Positions 12,332 to 25,904 are shown, counted from the stretch's first letter. The stretch: 64,000 nucleotides of DNA from the human T2T-CHM13v2.0 reference genome, Homo sapiens (GCF_009914755.1 NC_060944.1); one strand, 5' to 3'. A program made the numbers and translations. The notes: a model not told the origin generated them from the sequence alone.

Positions 12332-14819
12332 AACTCCTAAATGGTTTTATTTACAAGCCGTTGACGGTCCTTCAGATGATACTTTAACCTGTATTCATTA
12401 GATCCCAACCAAGCAATGCTTTAACATTTCAAAGCAGAAGCATCATTAAATTTGAATACCTGACCCATCCGCCGTCTCTGCCTCCTCCTTCCTTCTTGGA
12501 AACCAAACCAAGGTTATATGTACCTTTTTACATTATATATGTAAATATATATGTGCATATGTATATATATATGTATTTTCTTTATTGTGTATTATGAAAG
12601 AAACTTTCATAAAATAAAATGTTGAGGCCAGAAAAAAAGATAGGTTGAATCTGGGATGTTGCTAGCAAAAAAAAAATCGTAGTTCTTATTTGAAGTATTC
12701 AGTGAGTATCTGTATTTGAGTGTGCAGCAACCTGACATGGGTCCACCTCTGAGGAACTCACCATTTCAGGCAGATAGCCTTATTTAGACTCCCAGTGCCA
12801 TTTGTGAGATTACAGTCTAGAGACTCCTGAAAATAAAAAGCCTTTGACCTACAGTAGGTGGAGGAATGATCACACATACACACACAAAAAAAGCAGAAAT
12901 GAAATGATTCAATACAGGGAATGGAGCAGTGGTTAGCATGTGTTTGCTGGCTATTCTCTTTTGACCACCAGTGGCTTGGAGGGAAGGGGGCAGACGATAG
13001 GTTTCTTGTGGGGCGAGGTCTCTGCTCAATCATTGGACAAGGGAGCAAGTCCCCGCAGCGTGGCTTGAGGGGACATTTGGCTAACACAGCCCCTGACTGG
13101 GTCTGCATTCTTACAGCTCACTGTCTGGGTGACTCAGTGCTTGCTTTTTACCCGCCATTCTCCAGCCTCCTCACATTTGAGTCTAGCGGGATCTCATATT
13201 TGAGTCCATCTTAATTCATCATTTAACATAGGTCTCTGTGCTCCGAGGTCCCCAGGGTACATCTCAGATGTGGCATCTTAGTTGTCTGGTTTGAAACGTC
13301 TAAAACGTTTTGCCGACTCGCATGAGATATTTTGTGGGAAAAGGAGTTCTGAGTGGAATACACCAGTAGGAAGCCTGGATTCCTCATTAAACCTCCCCTC
13401 TTAGAGCCTCATGGTGAGTACTGATATATTAAAGTCCTGCAGGGGGGACACTTGCTTTGCTTCGTTCAACCCGCTTTTCTTGGACGTTTTAGCCCAAGGA
13501 ACCTCTTTGCAAAAGAACACTTGTAACACCCAGGGAGCTACTGTGCCAATGAATATGGTTTAAGGAAGCCTCATCTACAGAAGAGAGACACTCCATTGCG
13601 TGCAGAAACTGTAAATGAAAAAGTTAGAGCAAATGAAAACTTCACTCCATTTTAAAACAATTGAAAAGTAAGAGGGTGCATTTGAGCTGAATTTTTAAGA
13701 TGAACAAAAGTCTAAGATAATGATATTGATTGATATTGGCATCTCTCCATCCTTCCTTCCCTCCTCCACTCAGGAATGCGAATATGAAATAGTCCATCAG
13801 TCGTGAAGCCCTCTCTTAACTTCAGACTCTCTCTTGCTTTGCAATGCTGACTGCTTTCTGTAATAAGTCCCTTAGTGTTAGAGGGTGCCCCTTTAACTCT
13901 GCTTCTGCCAAATTGAGAGCCAACTCTAGCACGTCTGCACATCTCAAATGCAAACTGCCACCCTGTTTATTCTGAGAAGCTGTCAGAAGGACACTGCTTC
14001 TTGACTGTTTGGCATTTTAATAGGAGGGCCTCTGCAAGCCAGTTTGCATATTGCAGGGGCTCTCTGCCCATCAGGTGCTCACACCCTTTGGTGCCAGGGA
14101 AGGAGATCTCTCCTTTCTGATTCCAATCTTTCCCCAAAGAACAATTCTTCCCCAATTTGACGTATAAAAGGCAGAACCAATTTGCATCTGCCAAAACAGC
14201 CCAGAGATGGTGTTTCCTGATCTTTCTTCCCTTCTATAGGATCTACTCTTTGTTAAGCTCTGACCCTAATGTCATTAGAAAGAAATGCTTGCCTTCTCCC
14301 CACCCCCAGAACACAGGAAACCTTGCAATGCCCCAGCATGAGTGAAGGCAAGCAGGAACATCTCCCCAGTTGTCTATGCCTCAGTGCCTGGCTCCTGACC
14401 CTCACTGACTTTCCCAAGTTTTCTTGTTGGCTGGAAAGAGTAGGTGTTCCAGAGTCTATGAGGCAGGGCTGAGCTGTTCCCAGAACACCAACATAGAATC
14501 CAGCATTTTCCCCCATTAGGCACTTAGCTCTCCAAGCAAGAGTGCTGCAATGAGAGGCTGTGGCTTTCCAGAAAGTGAATCAGGTTCTCTCAGCTCCTGG
14601 AGGAGGTTCTGATTCTGCACATGCATATAACCCATAGAAAATAATCCTCTGAGAAACTCAGCATTTTGGAATCCCCAAATACCTCTCTCTACACTGCATC
14701 ATCTCTAGCATGGATTGACGTAACCAAATGATGGCTAGGAACCATCAGGGTTTCCTATCAAGCAGTGCAATAATCTACATCATTAGCAACTGTAATGTGG
14801 AAGCACATTACCCTGCAGA

Positions 14820-14960
14820 GGTTTCCTGAGCACCTACTACGTGTAAGAGACTGTGGTCAGTGATGTGGGGACATCAAGCACTGTTCTCATCCTCATAGAC
14901 TTTGGAATATGACTGAAGAGGCAAGCCTAAAAAATACACAACAGTACAAAATTATAACAA
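14820..14960 (-). mobile_element. L2 3' fragment
   Basis: ctgagcacctactacgtgtaagagactgtg...tgtggggaca...ctcatcctcatagactt. Confidence 0.6.
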
Positions 14961-14999
14961 ATAGTGTCTAATTAGGGGCTTATTTGCTTGAGTGGAAGT

Positions 15000-15670
15000 A
15001 CAGGAGCCATTTGTTGCTTTTGTGTTTTGGGGTGCTGCTTCTCCCCCATTCCATTTGATTCTCCAGGGGATCATGGATCAGATTGCCTGGCTATCCCAGG
15101 CTCCAGGGATGCAGGTGATTCAGCTCTGGTCAATTGAGTGCTCCATCCCCAGCAACAGGGGTTGGTTCAAAATGAGACCATGTGCCCAAGCAGGGCCAAT
15201 CAATCACTGTTGCTGGAATTGATTTGCAACCTATGAAAACTGTGAGAGAAGGAAGCTCTTTCTGCTGGGATTGCTGAGCTGATGGTTCCTGAATTCTGTG
15301 CAGAGCTGGGCCTCGGGGAAGGGTGCTGGGGCAAGGGTCATGAAACGCAGCAGGTACTTAGTCCTGCACAGCCCTGAGAGCCAGAACCTCCTTGAATTTG
15401 GCCTGAGGTGCCTCACTCACCTCTCCCTAGTCCTGGCCCTGACCCTATGCCTCAAAGCCATATTTCCCTGCCACATGGAGGAAACCTGTTAGGAAAAGGA
15501 GAGAAGAAAGGTAACATACCAAGGGTAAACAGGGTAAAGACACAGAAAGAAACAGAGCCCCAGTGACATCTTGGGAGCTTCTAGACCCAGCCATGCCTGC
15601 AGCATGTACTTCCAGTCATGGAGCTGATATGTTGAGTTTTTGCATTGCTAAATACGTCTTGGTTACAACA
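15000..15670 (+). mobile_element. MLT1K-like MaLR LTR remnant
   Basis: ttggttcaaaatgagaccatgtgcccaagcagggccaatca, ctctttctgctgggattgctgagctg, cttctagacccagccatgcctg. Confidence 0.65.
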
Positions 15671-16614
15671 GAAACTGGCACCTTAATATAAAATGGACAT
15701 TTGGCTGAAGTGACGTGGCAAGGAGGGCCAGTGGGACCCATGCCCCATTCTGGGGAGGTGGCCGGCCGCGCCATGCTGTCTTAAAGCAGCACATGGACAA
15801 GGACATTGCAAACTTGGGGAGTCAGACCTTATGCCTGTCTAGATGTGAGGTCCAAGGGCTCAGAGGAAAACAGGCAGGTTGTTGGAGAGTTATTATTGAC
15901 CTTGTGGAATGTTTAGTAGCATCCTAGGACAAAAGACACTTAGCCTGCCCATCTGAAATTAGAACGGGAACAGAAAAAGTCTTTATTTATTGATTATTTA
16001 TCAAGAGACAAAGCTCTGGATCCAACTACACCTGAAGGGAGCTTCTGCCTTGCTTTCTAAGTCAGGAAAACCAACCATGATTGCTAAGAAATTGCCCCTT
16101 TTCTTGAGCCAGTTCAAGATGGGTAATGTCCATTGAAACTAAAGGACTTCTGGTGAAGGTAGGATTGGAACCCAGCCCCTCTCTGACCACAGTCTAAAGT
16201 ATAAGCTCCTTGGGAGCAGGTGCCTGGAGCCCTCCACTGTATGCTCATTGCCAGTGCAGCCTGACACCTTGCAGGCCTGGTCCAACGTGAAAAGCGAACA
16301 AGGGAATCAGTGTGCAGTGGAGAGGCATCTGGGCTCCCTTTAGAGGAGGGAGGGGTCACTTTGCTGGGCACACCTACTAGGCATACGGCCACTGTTACCT
16401 CAGAACAGCTAGACAATGAGGCAAGGTGAGAGGTTTCTAGGAAAGACCACCTGGGGCCCTGGGCCCTGGTGCTGACAAGCCCCACCCTCAGCAGAAGGCA
16501 AACACCTCCACCTTCCTGGGCCTCCTTCAACCTTCCTGCCTTGTCCATGAAAGGATCTGAGAGTTGGGGCGAGGAGGTTGTATTAGTCTGTTCTTGCATT
16601 TGTATAAAGAAATA

Positions 16615-16819
16615 TCTCATGTTATCTTCTAGAATTTTTATAGTCTCAGGCCTTAGATTTAAGTATTTGATCCATCTTGAGTTGATTCTTGTATAAGGTG
16701 AGAGATGAGGATCCAGTTTCATTCTCCTACATGTGACTTGCCAGTTATCCCAGGATGGCTGTAAGTATTTGGGTTTATTTCTGGATTCTCTATTCTGTTC
16801 CACTGGTCTATGTGCCTAC
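16615..16819 (-). mobile_element. Inverted 5' segment of L1PB (ORF2 fragment)
   Basis: Minus strand translates to L1 ORF2-like [44 protein letters not shown]. Confidence 0.9.
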
Positions 16820-16840
16820 TTTTTTTTTTTTTTTTTTTTT

Positions 16841-17006
16841 TGATCCAGCAATCCCACTACTGGGTATCTACCCAGAGGAAAGGAAGTCATTGTACAAAAA
16901 AGATACTTGCTCATGCATGTTTATTGCAGTGCAATTCTCAATTGTAAAAATGTGGAACCAATCCAAATGCCCATCAATCAAGGAGTGGATAAAGAAATTG
17001 GTATAT

Positions 17007-17037
<31 letters not shown>

Positions 17038-17560
17038 AAATATATAATTAGTATACATATATACCATATATACCATATATAGGTGTGTGTATATATATAT
17101 ACACACATACACGCACACCGTATATACCATATATTGGTGTGTGTGTGTATATATGTGTGTGTGTGTATATATATACACACACATATATCTATAATGGAAT
17201 ACTACTCAGCCATAAAAAGGAATGAATTAATGGCATTTGCAGCAACCTGGATGGGATTGGAGACTATTATTCTACGTGAAGTAACTCAAGAATGGAAAAC
17301 CAAACATCATATGTTCTCACTCATAAGTGGGGGCTAAGCTATGAGGATGCAAAGACATAAGAATGACACAAAGGACTTTGGGGACTCAGGGGAAAGGGTG
17401 GGAAGGGGGTGACGGATAAAAGATTACAGATTGTGTTCAGTGAATACTGCTCAGGAGATGGGTGCACCAAAATCTCAGAAATCATCACTAAAGAATTTAC
17501 TCAAGTAACCAAACACCACCTGTTCCCCAAAACCTATGGACATTAAAAAAAAATTTAAAA
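16841..17560 (+). mobile_element. L1PB1-like 3' end (ORF2 C-terminus, 3' UTR, polyA)
   Basis: [13 protein letters not shown]...; 3' UTR ctaagctatgaggatgcaaag...gggtgcaccaaaatctcagaaatc...cacctgttccccaaaaccta. Confidence 0.92.
17001..17192 (+). repeat. Compound (TA)/(TACA)/(CA)/(TG) microsatellite inside L1PB
   Basis: Direct inspection. Confidence 0.93.
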
Positions 17561-17570
17561 AGAAGAAACA

Positions 17571-17851
17571 GGACAGGCATGGTGGCTCACACTTGTAATC
17601 ACAGAACTTTGGAAGGCCAAGGCAGGTGGATCACCAGAGGTCAGGAGTTTGAGACCAGCCTGGCCAACATGATGAAGCCATGCCTCTACTAAAAATACAA
17701 AAATTAGCTGGGCATGGTGGCACATGCCTGTAGTCCCAGCTATTCAGGAGGCTGAAGCATGAGAATCGCTTAAACCTGGGAGGTAGAGGTTGCAGTGATC
17801 TGAGATTGCACCACTGAAATCCAGCCTCGGTGACAGAGTGAGACTCCGTCT
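17571..17851 (+). mobile_element. AluS (Sx-like)
   Basis: Full dimer inserted at the L1 tail/TSD. Confidence 0.95.
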
Positions 17852-18140
<289 letters not shown>

Positions 18141-18511
18141 ACCTGAGACTAGGTAGTTTATAAGGAAAGGGGTTAAATTGGCTCACAGTTCTGCAGGCTG
18201 TAGCGTAAGCATGTTGCCAGCACCTGCTTAGCTTCTGGGGAGGCCTCAGGGAGCTACAATCATGGCGGAAGGCAAGGGGGGAGCCCGTGCATCACATGGT
18301 GAGAGTAGAGGCAAGTGAGAGTGTGAGGGGGGAGGTGCCAAACCCTTTTACACAGCCAGCTGTTGTGAGAACTCACTCACTATTGCAAAGACAGCACCAA
18401 GCCAAGAGGGATCACCTCCATAAGCCAATCACCTCCACCAGGCCCCACCTCCAACACTGATTCCAATTCAACATGAGATTCAGAGGGGACAACATCCAAA
18501 CCATGTCAGAG

Positions 18512-19057
18512 GGTATGCAGAACACACCCAAGGTGACTCTGAATGAGTCACAACCCAGAGAATTCCCTCCCCCAGCCCCTGCGACTGGCTTCTAACCAAT
18601 GGTATATGAGAAGTGCAGGGATTTTTTGGACATAATTAAGGTCCTAGTTTAATTAGTTGATGATGATTATCAAAACGAGATTATCTCAGGTGGGCCTGAC
18701 CCAATCCAGTCGGGGGGCGCCCTGTTAAAGAGGCCTCCATCCTTCTCTGATGTCAGAGATGTCAAGCAGAGACATATCCTCCTGTGGCCCTGAAGAGGCA
18801 AACCCCACGTGCTGTGAACTACCCGTGGAGAGGGCTGGCTTGCAGGAGCTGCAGGCTTGGAGGAGAACTCCACCCACCACCTGAGATGGCAGCCCAGGCA
18901 GCACCTTGACTGTAGCCTTGGGAGACCCTGAGTCAAGGGCACAGCAAGGCCCTGCCTGGACCCGAGAGGAGCAGCAACCCTGTGGTAATAAATGTGTGCT
19001 GTCCCGAATGGCTATGTTTATGGGAATTTGTGAGGCAACATTAGGAAACGGGTGCAG
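18512..19057 (+). mobile_element. MLT1E/F-like MaLR LTR
   Basis: cttctaaccaat, gagattatctcaggtgggcctgacccaatc, caccttgactgtagccttgggagaccctgag, aataaatgtgtgctgt. Confidence 0.8.
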
Positions 19058-20322
19058 TGGAGTAGGGAGGGGAGAGGAACGGGTAGGTGAAGGAGATAAT
19101 CCTCTGTGATCTAAAATGAAGAGTCTTTTGCTATGCAATGAAAAAATGAAAAGAAGAGGCTTTGTTCTTTGCCTTTCCTTCATTTAAGTGTGGCAAATAA
19201 TCTGCAAGGAGTCCCCGAACCTGTGTAGAAAATGGGGTTGGGAGCACATCAGAGAATGAGCTTACCCTGTTGTGGCCTCTCGGAGGAAAGCAGGCTGGGA
19301 AGGAGGAAGGTCTTTCATGCTGTCTATATGAGCTGATTTAATTTCTGTTCTGAATATCCATGAGCTCATTTACACATGTGCATTCAGCCACATTTCTCTG
19401 ACTCGAATTTATTAAACATTTCTGTTCGTGCCCTTTGTTCCCAAGATTTCCTCTTGCCTCTGTTTTCCCACTTAGCTCTCCGGGAAACCTCAACCTCGCT
19501 ATAACATAATGTCCTCAGCTATCTTAAGAACTGTGTCATTAAATAGCAGAGTGGATGAAATGTTCTAATTCCCTTACTCAATTATATTAAATTATACATT
19601 CCCACAAAAATCTCTCCCATCACTGCATTATTTAAGTAGAAAGAGCTAAATAAAGAAGACCTCTATTTTTCATTCCTAATTCTCAGATAATTATAAATAT
19701 ACTGACTTTTTAAAAAAATCATGGATTAACTTTCATGGAGTTGGTTGATTTCCTTTTTATGGAGACTTGATTTTGACAGAAGCCCTAAACTTGTAATAAA
19801 GATAATGCTGAAGGTACCACCCATTGTGTTCACGAGAACACCTCACCTGGGCATTTCTATAGCAACTATCATTACAGAGCAACAGGCCAAGGCAGAACGC
19901 ACTGAAGAACACTTTTTCTTTGGTTTTGTTTGTTTGTTTGTTTGTTTTCTTGAACTCAGCTGTTTTTTGTGACCCAAGCAATGTTTCTGAATCCAGGCTG
20001 TGCCCTTTGTGGAAAATGTGTTCATTATTTTATGCAGGGATTTGCAAATGCTCACAAACTGAATTTTAGCAAGTTGAGCTCTGGTTTCCCCATTTACTTA
20101 CATTTTATTTTCCCAAATGGGTTTTCCGTGGGTGTTGAATGAATATTTGATGGTTCCTTGCTCTACTTCCTGTCCTTCAGAGTTTTTCTAACTCATTGTA
20201 ATAAACCAACAAAAAGGAGAGCTAACTATTCAAAGAAACTAATCAATCAACATTGATCTAAAACCCAGGTTCATTTAAATAATGCAAATCATCAGACCAT
20301 ATCATTTTTAATATTGGGAAAA

Positions 20323-20585
20323 TGCAGTACAGCATGTAAGAGCATGGACTCCAGAGACAAATGTCCAGGGTTTGAATCCTAACATTTTCATTTACTAGCT
20401 CTGTGACCTGGGCCAAGTGACTTAACTACTCTGTGCCTCAGTTTCCTCATCTTCAAGCAGAATAATAATAGTATCCAGTGTACAGGGTTATTATGAGGGT
20501 TAAATGAGTTAATGTACTTAAAGCACTTAGAGTGGTGCTGAGCCCAGCATAAACGTTGTATGCATTTGCTGTTATTATTGTTGCC
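20323..20585 (+). mobile_element. MIR SINE, near full length
   Basis: aagagcatggactccagag...ctctgtgcctcagtttcctcatc...aaatgagttaatgtacttaaagcacttagag. Confidence 0.92.
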
Positions 20586-21806
20586 ATTATGTTTATTTTT
20601 ATAAGATAGATTTTGTGGAAATGGACACCGCAAGTGATTTGCTGATTTTATTTATTCACTCCCTTGCTCATTTATTCATTCACCCCACAAGCATTACTTC
20701 TATGTTCTCAGGATAGGGCCAGATGCTGTTGCGTTAAGATGTAAATTTTCTGTAGCATTTTTCTCATAAATGGAAAAGAGCTTAGGTTCCCCTGTCCAGG
20801 TTGAGCTGACTTATTCTTGCCAACACTGAGTCTTTTCCAGTGTGTTTTCTACAAGTGAATACAGACCATAATTGTTTTTCATGGGCTCTAGATGCATCTG
20901 CCGAGAAAATGTCACACAAATGAGGTCAGTGGGAAAAAATAAGCCGGATATACCGTGTAGGCGTTCCGTTGAGCATCTGACGTTTTCCTATTCACTCAAC
21001 TTTCTTGTTACTTGAGAATCTTTGCAAGTCCTGGGTTTTGTGCAATAGAAATATAGGAACAACAGATTCAGGATTTTATTATTCTCTTCTGCAAGTTTAT
21101 TTAAGAACATTCTGAGCATGGGTAGGTTTTCAGTGGGCAATATCTAGCTCACAGAGGGAATACCTGCATTTTCATCTCATAGATTGTGCTAAATCTATTT
21201 TAGTGGGGCAGGGATTTAGGACGCAACTGCTGTGGTCATACAGGTTACCACAAATGCATCCCTAAGAAAACATTAAAGCAAGAAAAAGATGTAACCAGCC
21301 TTCTATTCAGACAGCATCATTAATTTCTATCACACTACACTGCCTTCAGCCAAACATTCATTCTTCTTTTTACTTATTGCAGCAATTCTTCCATTTGAGA
21401 AAATAAGATTAGCTATGCTACACCCACTTGGTGAAGATAATCAAATTACATGTTTTCTTTCTTCTTCAAATTTAATCAGTGGCAACATCTGTCTCCCCAA
21501 GATGAGACAAACTAGCTCAATGCCACCCTTTAAGCCAAGGTGTCCTCTCCAGTTCGCGAAGGATCTGAGAACCCCAATTCATCACCCCATCCACCCATCC
21601 AGATAGAATGCCCATAAACATCAGCACAGTCACATTCAGTGGACACAAATGGAATGGTAAGACAGCAAAACTTTTAAAGAAATCATTTTTTTAGGCATTT
21701 GGATAACATCTTTCCATTGGGATACAAAATTTTAATTAAAAACAAAAACAAACATCTATCAAAGCACTCAGACTTTACTCATTCTAAGCTTGAGGTCATT
21801 GATCCA

Positions 21807-21940
21807 AGGCAGCGCTTCTCCACTGGGGGCATCGACTGGGTGGAGGGCAGATATGGTGCTAGGCCACTGAGCCCAGGACAGCCCACAACAAGGAAGTGTC
21901 TGCCCAAAATGTCACTAAGTCCCAAGGCTGAGAAATCCTA
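21807..21940 (+). mobile_element. MER20, internally deleted
   Basis: caggacagcccacaacaaggaagtgtctgcccaaaatgtcactaagtcccaaggctgagaaatcct. Confidence 0.75.
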
Positions 21941-21983
21941 TTACAACGGTTGATGTGGGGATACAGCATGGTAAGCAAGTTAC

Positions 21984-22260
21984 TTTTTTCGTCTTGCTCT
22001 ATCACCCAGGCTGAAGTGCAGTGACGTTCTGCTCACTGCAATTTCTGCCTCGTGGGTTCGAGAGATTCTCCTGCCTCAGCCTCCTGAGTAACTGGATTAT
22101 AGGCAGCTGCCACCACGCTCAGCTAATTTTTATATTTTTAGTAGAGACAGGGTTCCACCATGTTGGCCAGACTGGTCTCAAACTTCTGATCTCAAGTGAT
22201 CTGCCTGTCTCCACCTCCCAAAGTGCTGGGATTACAGGCATGAGCCATCTCGCCTGGGCT
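21984..22260 (-). mobile_element. AluS (Sz/Sx-like)
   Basis: Antisense dimer; TSD-like aagcaagttactttt/aacaggttactttt. Confidence 0.93.
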
Positions 22261-23064
22261 AACAGGTTACTTTTCTAGGACATTTAAAACAATAACTTGC
22301 TAAGCTAAGTCATAATGTAGATATACCTTAAAGAGGAATATTTTAATGCAGTGTCAAGCTGTAAGTTCTTGAGTTACCACCCATCTGACTAAAATTATTA
22401 AGGTTTTTTTAAGCCACAAAGCTACCCTAAAATGTCACTTTTTTGTGTCATACTTGTAATTACCATTGTTGTAAATATAAAACAATGTTTATTGAGCAGA
22501 TATTACCTTCTATCCAATGAGGACACCAGCTTCATCGTAGTTCTGGTAGCAAAAGAGCGAATGCATAGGTGCTTGGTTCAGTAAATGTCCAGGCTATGCA
22601 CCGTGCAGGCAGATGGTGCCTGGCCAGTAAGGGGCAGTTGATATCAGGCACTGCTGCTCCAAAGTTGCTCACTTCTCAGCTTAGAAATGTGCATATAGGA
22701 AAGTTCAGGGACTCACTGAGGTCATCCAGCTAGTTAGCTCAAAAACTGAATCTAGACGGCAGTTCTTACCTTCTTATCTCCATTCCACAGAGAAAATTCT
22801 CCCTCAAATTAGCAGAATTAGCATGATCCCGTCTTCACAGAGGCAGAGGCAGAGTCCATTTTGCCCCACCTAAGGGTTCTCACTCACCCGGCTGTGAGTT
22901 TGTGACTCAAGCTTTCCTGAGCCTGTGGACCTTGTTCCTTTTAAATAATTGAAATCTCATAGCAAGAGATGCATATTTCTTCCTCATCTCTTCAGGGGCC
23001 ACAAAGTTAAATCCCAAGAGAGCAGGAAGGTGGGGAGGCAGAGAATGTAAAGGAACGCTTAGAG

Positions 23065-23235
23065 TTAGCAGTCTTCACAGCACAACCCCATCACACCACG
23101 GGGTCGGGGCTGGTATCTCCCTTACAAAAAAGAAAGCTCGGGCACAGAGACATTAAGTGACTGACCCAGGTCTTCTAACCCTTTAGTGGAGAAACTGGGG
23201 TTTGTCCCAGACTGAGAGCATAGCCCAAAGCCTCA
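23065..23235 (-). mobile_element. MIR SINE
   Basis: gaaagctcgggcacagagacattaagtgactgacccagg...actggggtttgtcccag. Confidence 0.6.
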
Positions 23236-23244
23236 GCTGCGGGT

Positions 23245-23450
23245 CAGTGCTGCTTAGGAGCCAGGGCACTGGATTGAAAGTTCAACACCTCAGCGCTCAC
23301 TAGGCTGTGTGATGTTGGAAGGGCAGTTTATGTCTCTGAGCCTGAGTTTTCTCATCTGTAATTTGACGATAGCAATAAGGTGAGGATTAAATCTGGCATT
23401 TGGAATATGGTGCTAAGGCCAGTGCCAAGCACATAGTAAGTACATTGGGA
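23245..23450 (+). mobile_element. MIR SINE (head-to-head with the preceding MIR)
   Basis: tctctgagcctgagttttctcatctgtaa...gtgaggattaaat...agtgccaagcacatagtaagtac. Confidence 0.8.
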
Positions 23451-24385
23451 AGGTGAAAAGGTGGGCCCCTGTCACCATGCCTACTGGCCCAGGTGCTTAA
23501 TGAAGTTTGCCATATGGAGGCTCCATGTGCAGAAGATGAAAAACCAGCCCAGTATGCAATCCAACTGTTCATTGAAATGAGTAGAGCTTAACACAATTGA
23601 GCCATGCGGTCTGTTTCACCTTGAACTCCGGGTTAGCTAGAGCAATCTAGGATACCTGTTCTGTCTCACTTCTCTGTAAATGTTACCCCACTTCCATGAG
23701 ATTGTACAAACAGGCCCTAAATTGCCTGCTCTAATACATTTATGTAGTTTTCCCATGGATGGTGTTAAACAACGCAGCCTCTATTTCACACTTGAAGTAC
23801 AATTCTTCAGCCTTTTAGCTCCACCACAGTTGTGAAAATTGGGGCATGTTATCTGGCTACCCATAGAAAGAGCCAGAACATCTCTCCTCCACGCGTGGTG
23901 AATTTCTGTCTAATGTAAAAGCAGGGTGACCCGCAGTAGCCTAATTTCTTTAATCATTCTAATTAACAAGTGTATAGGGTTTTATCTAAATACACCAGAA
24001 AAAAAAATGCAGTAATGACAGATACAGTAGGCAATTAACAATACGAGGTCTAGAAAGCTGATGGAAAAGCTTTGAGCTCCTTTGTTATTTCTCCTTTCTT
24101 AAAATAGACCCTGGCCATATTACAATACCCAAAAAAGAGAAGAAAATATCTAAGCAAAGGCCAAACTGAGTTGCCATGTGCATCCCATTCTCTTTGAGGA
24201 TTCTTGTCAATTTTCCACTCTGGAATTTATGGCACTTCATTCCCACAAATTAGACGACAACTGTTAGACTCAGTATCAAGGTTTTGCTGATGATTTTACC
24301 CCGCTCCTCCAAAATAGGAGTTCACCAAGAAAACACATAGAATTAAGGCCAAACATGCATTCCACATCTTCATGGCTGATGAAGG

Positions 24386-24780
24386 TGTGAACCCCGAAAA
24401 TCTGAGACAGGTCTCAGTTTATTTAGAAAGTTTAGTTTGCCAAGCTTAAAGATGCGCGCCTGTGGCAGAGCCTCGGAAGCTCCTGATGACATGTGCCCAA
24501 GGTGGTCGGAGCACATTTTGGTTTGGTCTGGATCTGGAAAGGGGAGACAACTCGAAGAGGGACAGGGGTTCCAGAGCATAGGTAGATAAGGGACAAATGG
24601 CTGCATTCTTTTAAGTTTCTGACGAGCCTCTCCAAAGGAGGCAGTCAGATATGCATTTATCTCAGTGAGCAGAGGGGTGACTTTGAATAGAATGGGAGGC
24701 AGGTTTGCCCTAAGCATTTCCCAGTTTGATTTTTCCCTTTAGCTTAGTGATTTGGGGGCCTAAGATATTTTCCATTCACA
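24386..24780 (-). mobile_element. MER4A1-like ERV1 solo LTR with internal deletion
   Basis: TG...CA ends (tgtgaaccccgaaaatctgagacaggtctcag ... gatattttccattcaca); 4-bp TSD aagg. Confidence 0.92.
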
Positions 24781-24874
24781 AAGGAAGCACCAAATCTCCG
24801 TTGACTCTGCCAGTGAGTGACAGCCTCAGCACCACTGTCTACAGCCACCAGGCGTGGCCTCAGCATGGGGACTC

Positions 24875-24927
24875 ATTAATTCTAGCTTTGCTCACCAAAA
24901 AGAAAGGATGTGCTATTGTGGTTTCAG
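24875..24927 (+). repeat. Dispersed 53-bp direct repeat, copy 1
   Basis: 51/53 identical to 26337-26389. Confidence 0.95.
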
Positions 24928-25904
24928 GAGCACTGCAGTCACATCTGCATCAAAAGACCCTGGAAGATAGCACCCACCTTCCAATCCCAAGTCTCTGGAA
25001 TTCGACTTTTCTCATCTAATTTTTAAAAAGCATATAGTGATTTTTTTAAACTAGCAGAAGAAAATAAAGGAAACTGAGTAGGGATTTACAATACATTACT
25101 TGTCAGGATTGAGAGACGAATGACCAGAGAGGTTGCTGTGCCAGGAACACTTTCAGGCTGTGGGTCTCAGGAGGGTCCTTGGCTTCTAGGAACCTGTAAT
25201 TTGACTGAGGCAGGACATTGAATTAAAAACACCATGAGATGAGGCAGAAGCTCCTTTTTAGCCTGGCACTGTGCAGCTCCCCTTCCAACCTCCCACAGCT
25301 TGATGGCTCTCTGACATCCCGTAGGAATATCTCTCTAGAAGCCAGAGGACATATAGGAGAATTGATGAGTGTGTAGATGAGGAGTCAGGCCACCTGTTTT
25401 TGACTCCTGACTTAAAGCCATTGACTTCACCAGTCTCTACCTGAACTCTTGCATGGATGAAAGGAAGAGAAGAAGAACATCTCTGTGAGTTTAATCTGAA
25501 CAAGAGATGAGATGGTGTTTGTTGGGTATTTGGCACATGGTGAGCAAATGTCCATTTCAGTTTGTGTTATTATAAGCAAAACAACCTTGAACTCTTCCTT
25601 TGTAAAAGCTATCTTTAAGAAAATAGTCAAATACTAAAACTATTGATAAAAATGAGGCAAAAGTGAAGTCGTCCAAAAATGAGATGTTTTTGGAAAATTT
25701 CAGACTTTACAAATTCACAGTATAATAAAGCCAAGGTCTGTTGTATTATCATTCCTGATAATTTAGTGGAATAACATGGCAATAAGTAAAAAGGCATTTA
25801 GAGCTCAAAAGCAATGCAGCACTTTATTTCTGTAATGATAAGTGTTATTTGTATAAATTCTTTGTTTCCCAGGGAAAAGCCACCATAGAAATTGAAGTGT
25901 CATG

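Noticed and set aside
16114-16803. Longest ORF in the track (229 aa, minus)
   Set aside because: The N-terminus is an inverted L1 ORF2 scrap running through an MST LTR edge into unrelated sequence; a chance chimera.
18706-18723. CTCF-like ccagtcggggggcgcc
   Set aside because: Mismatches at core positions and lies within an MLT1; too weak from sequence alone.
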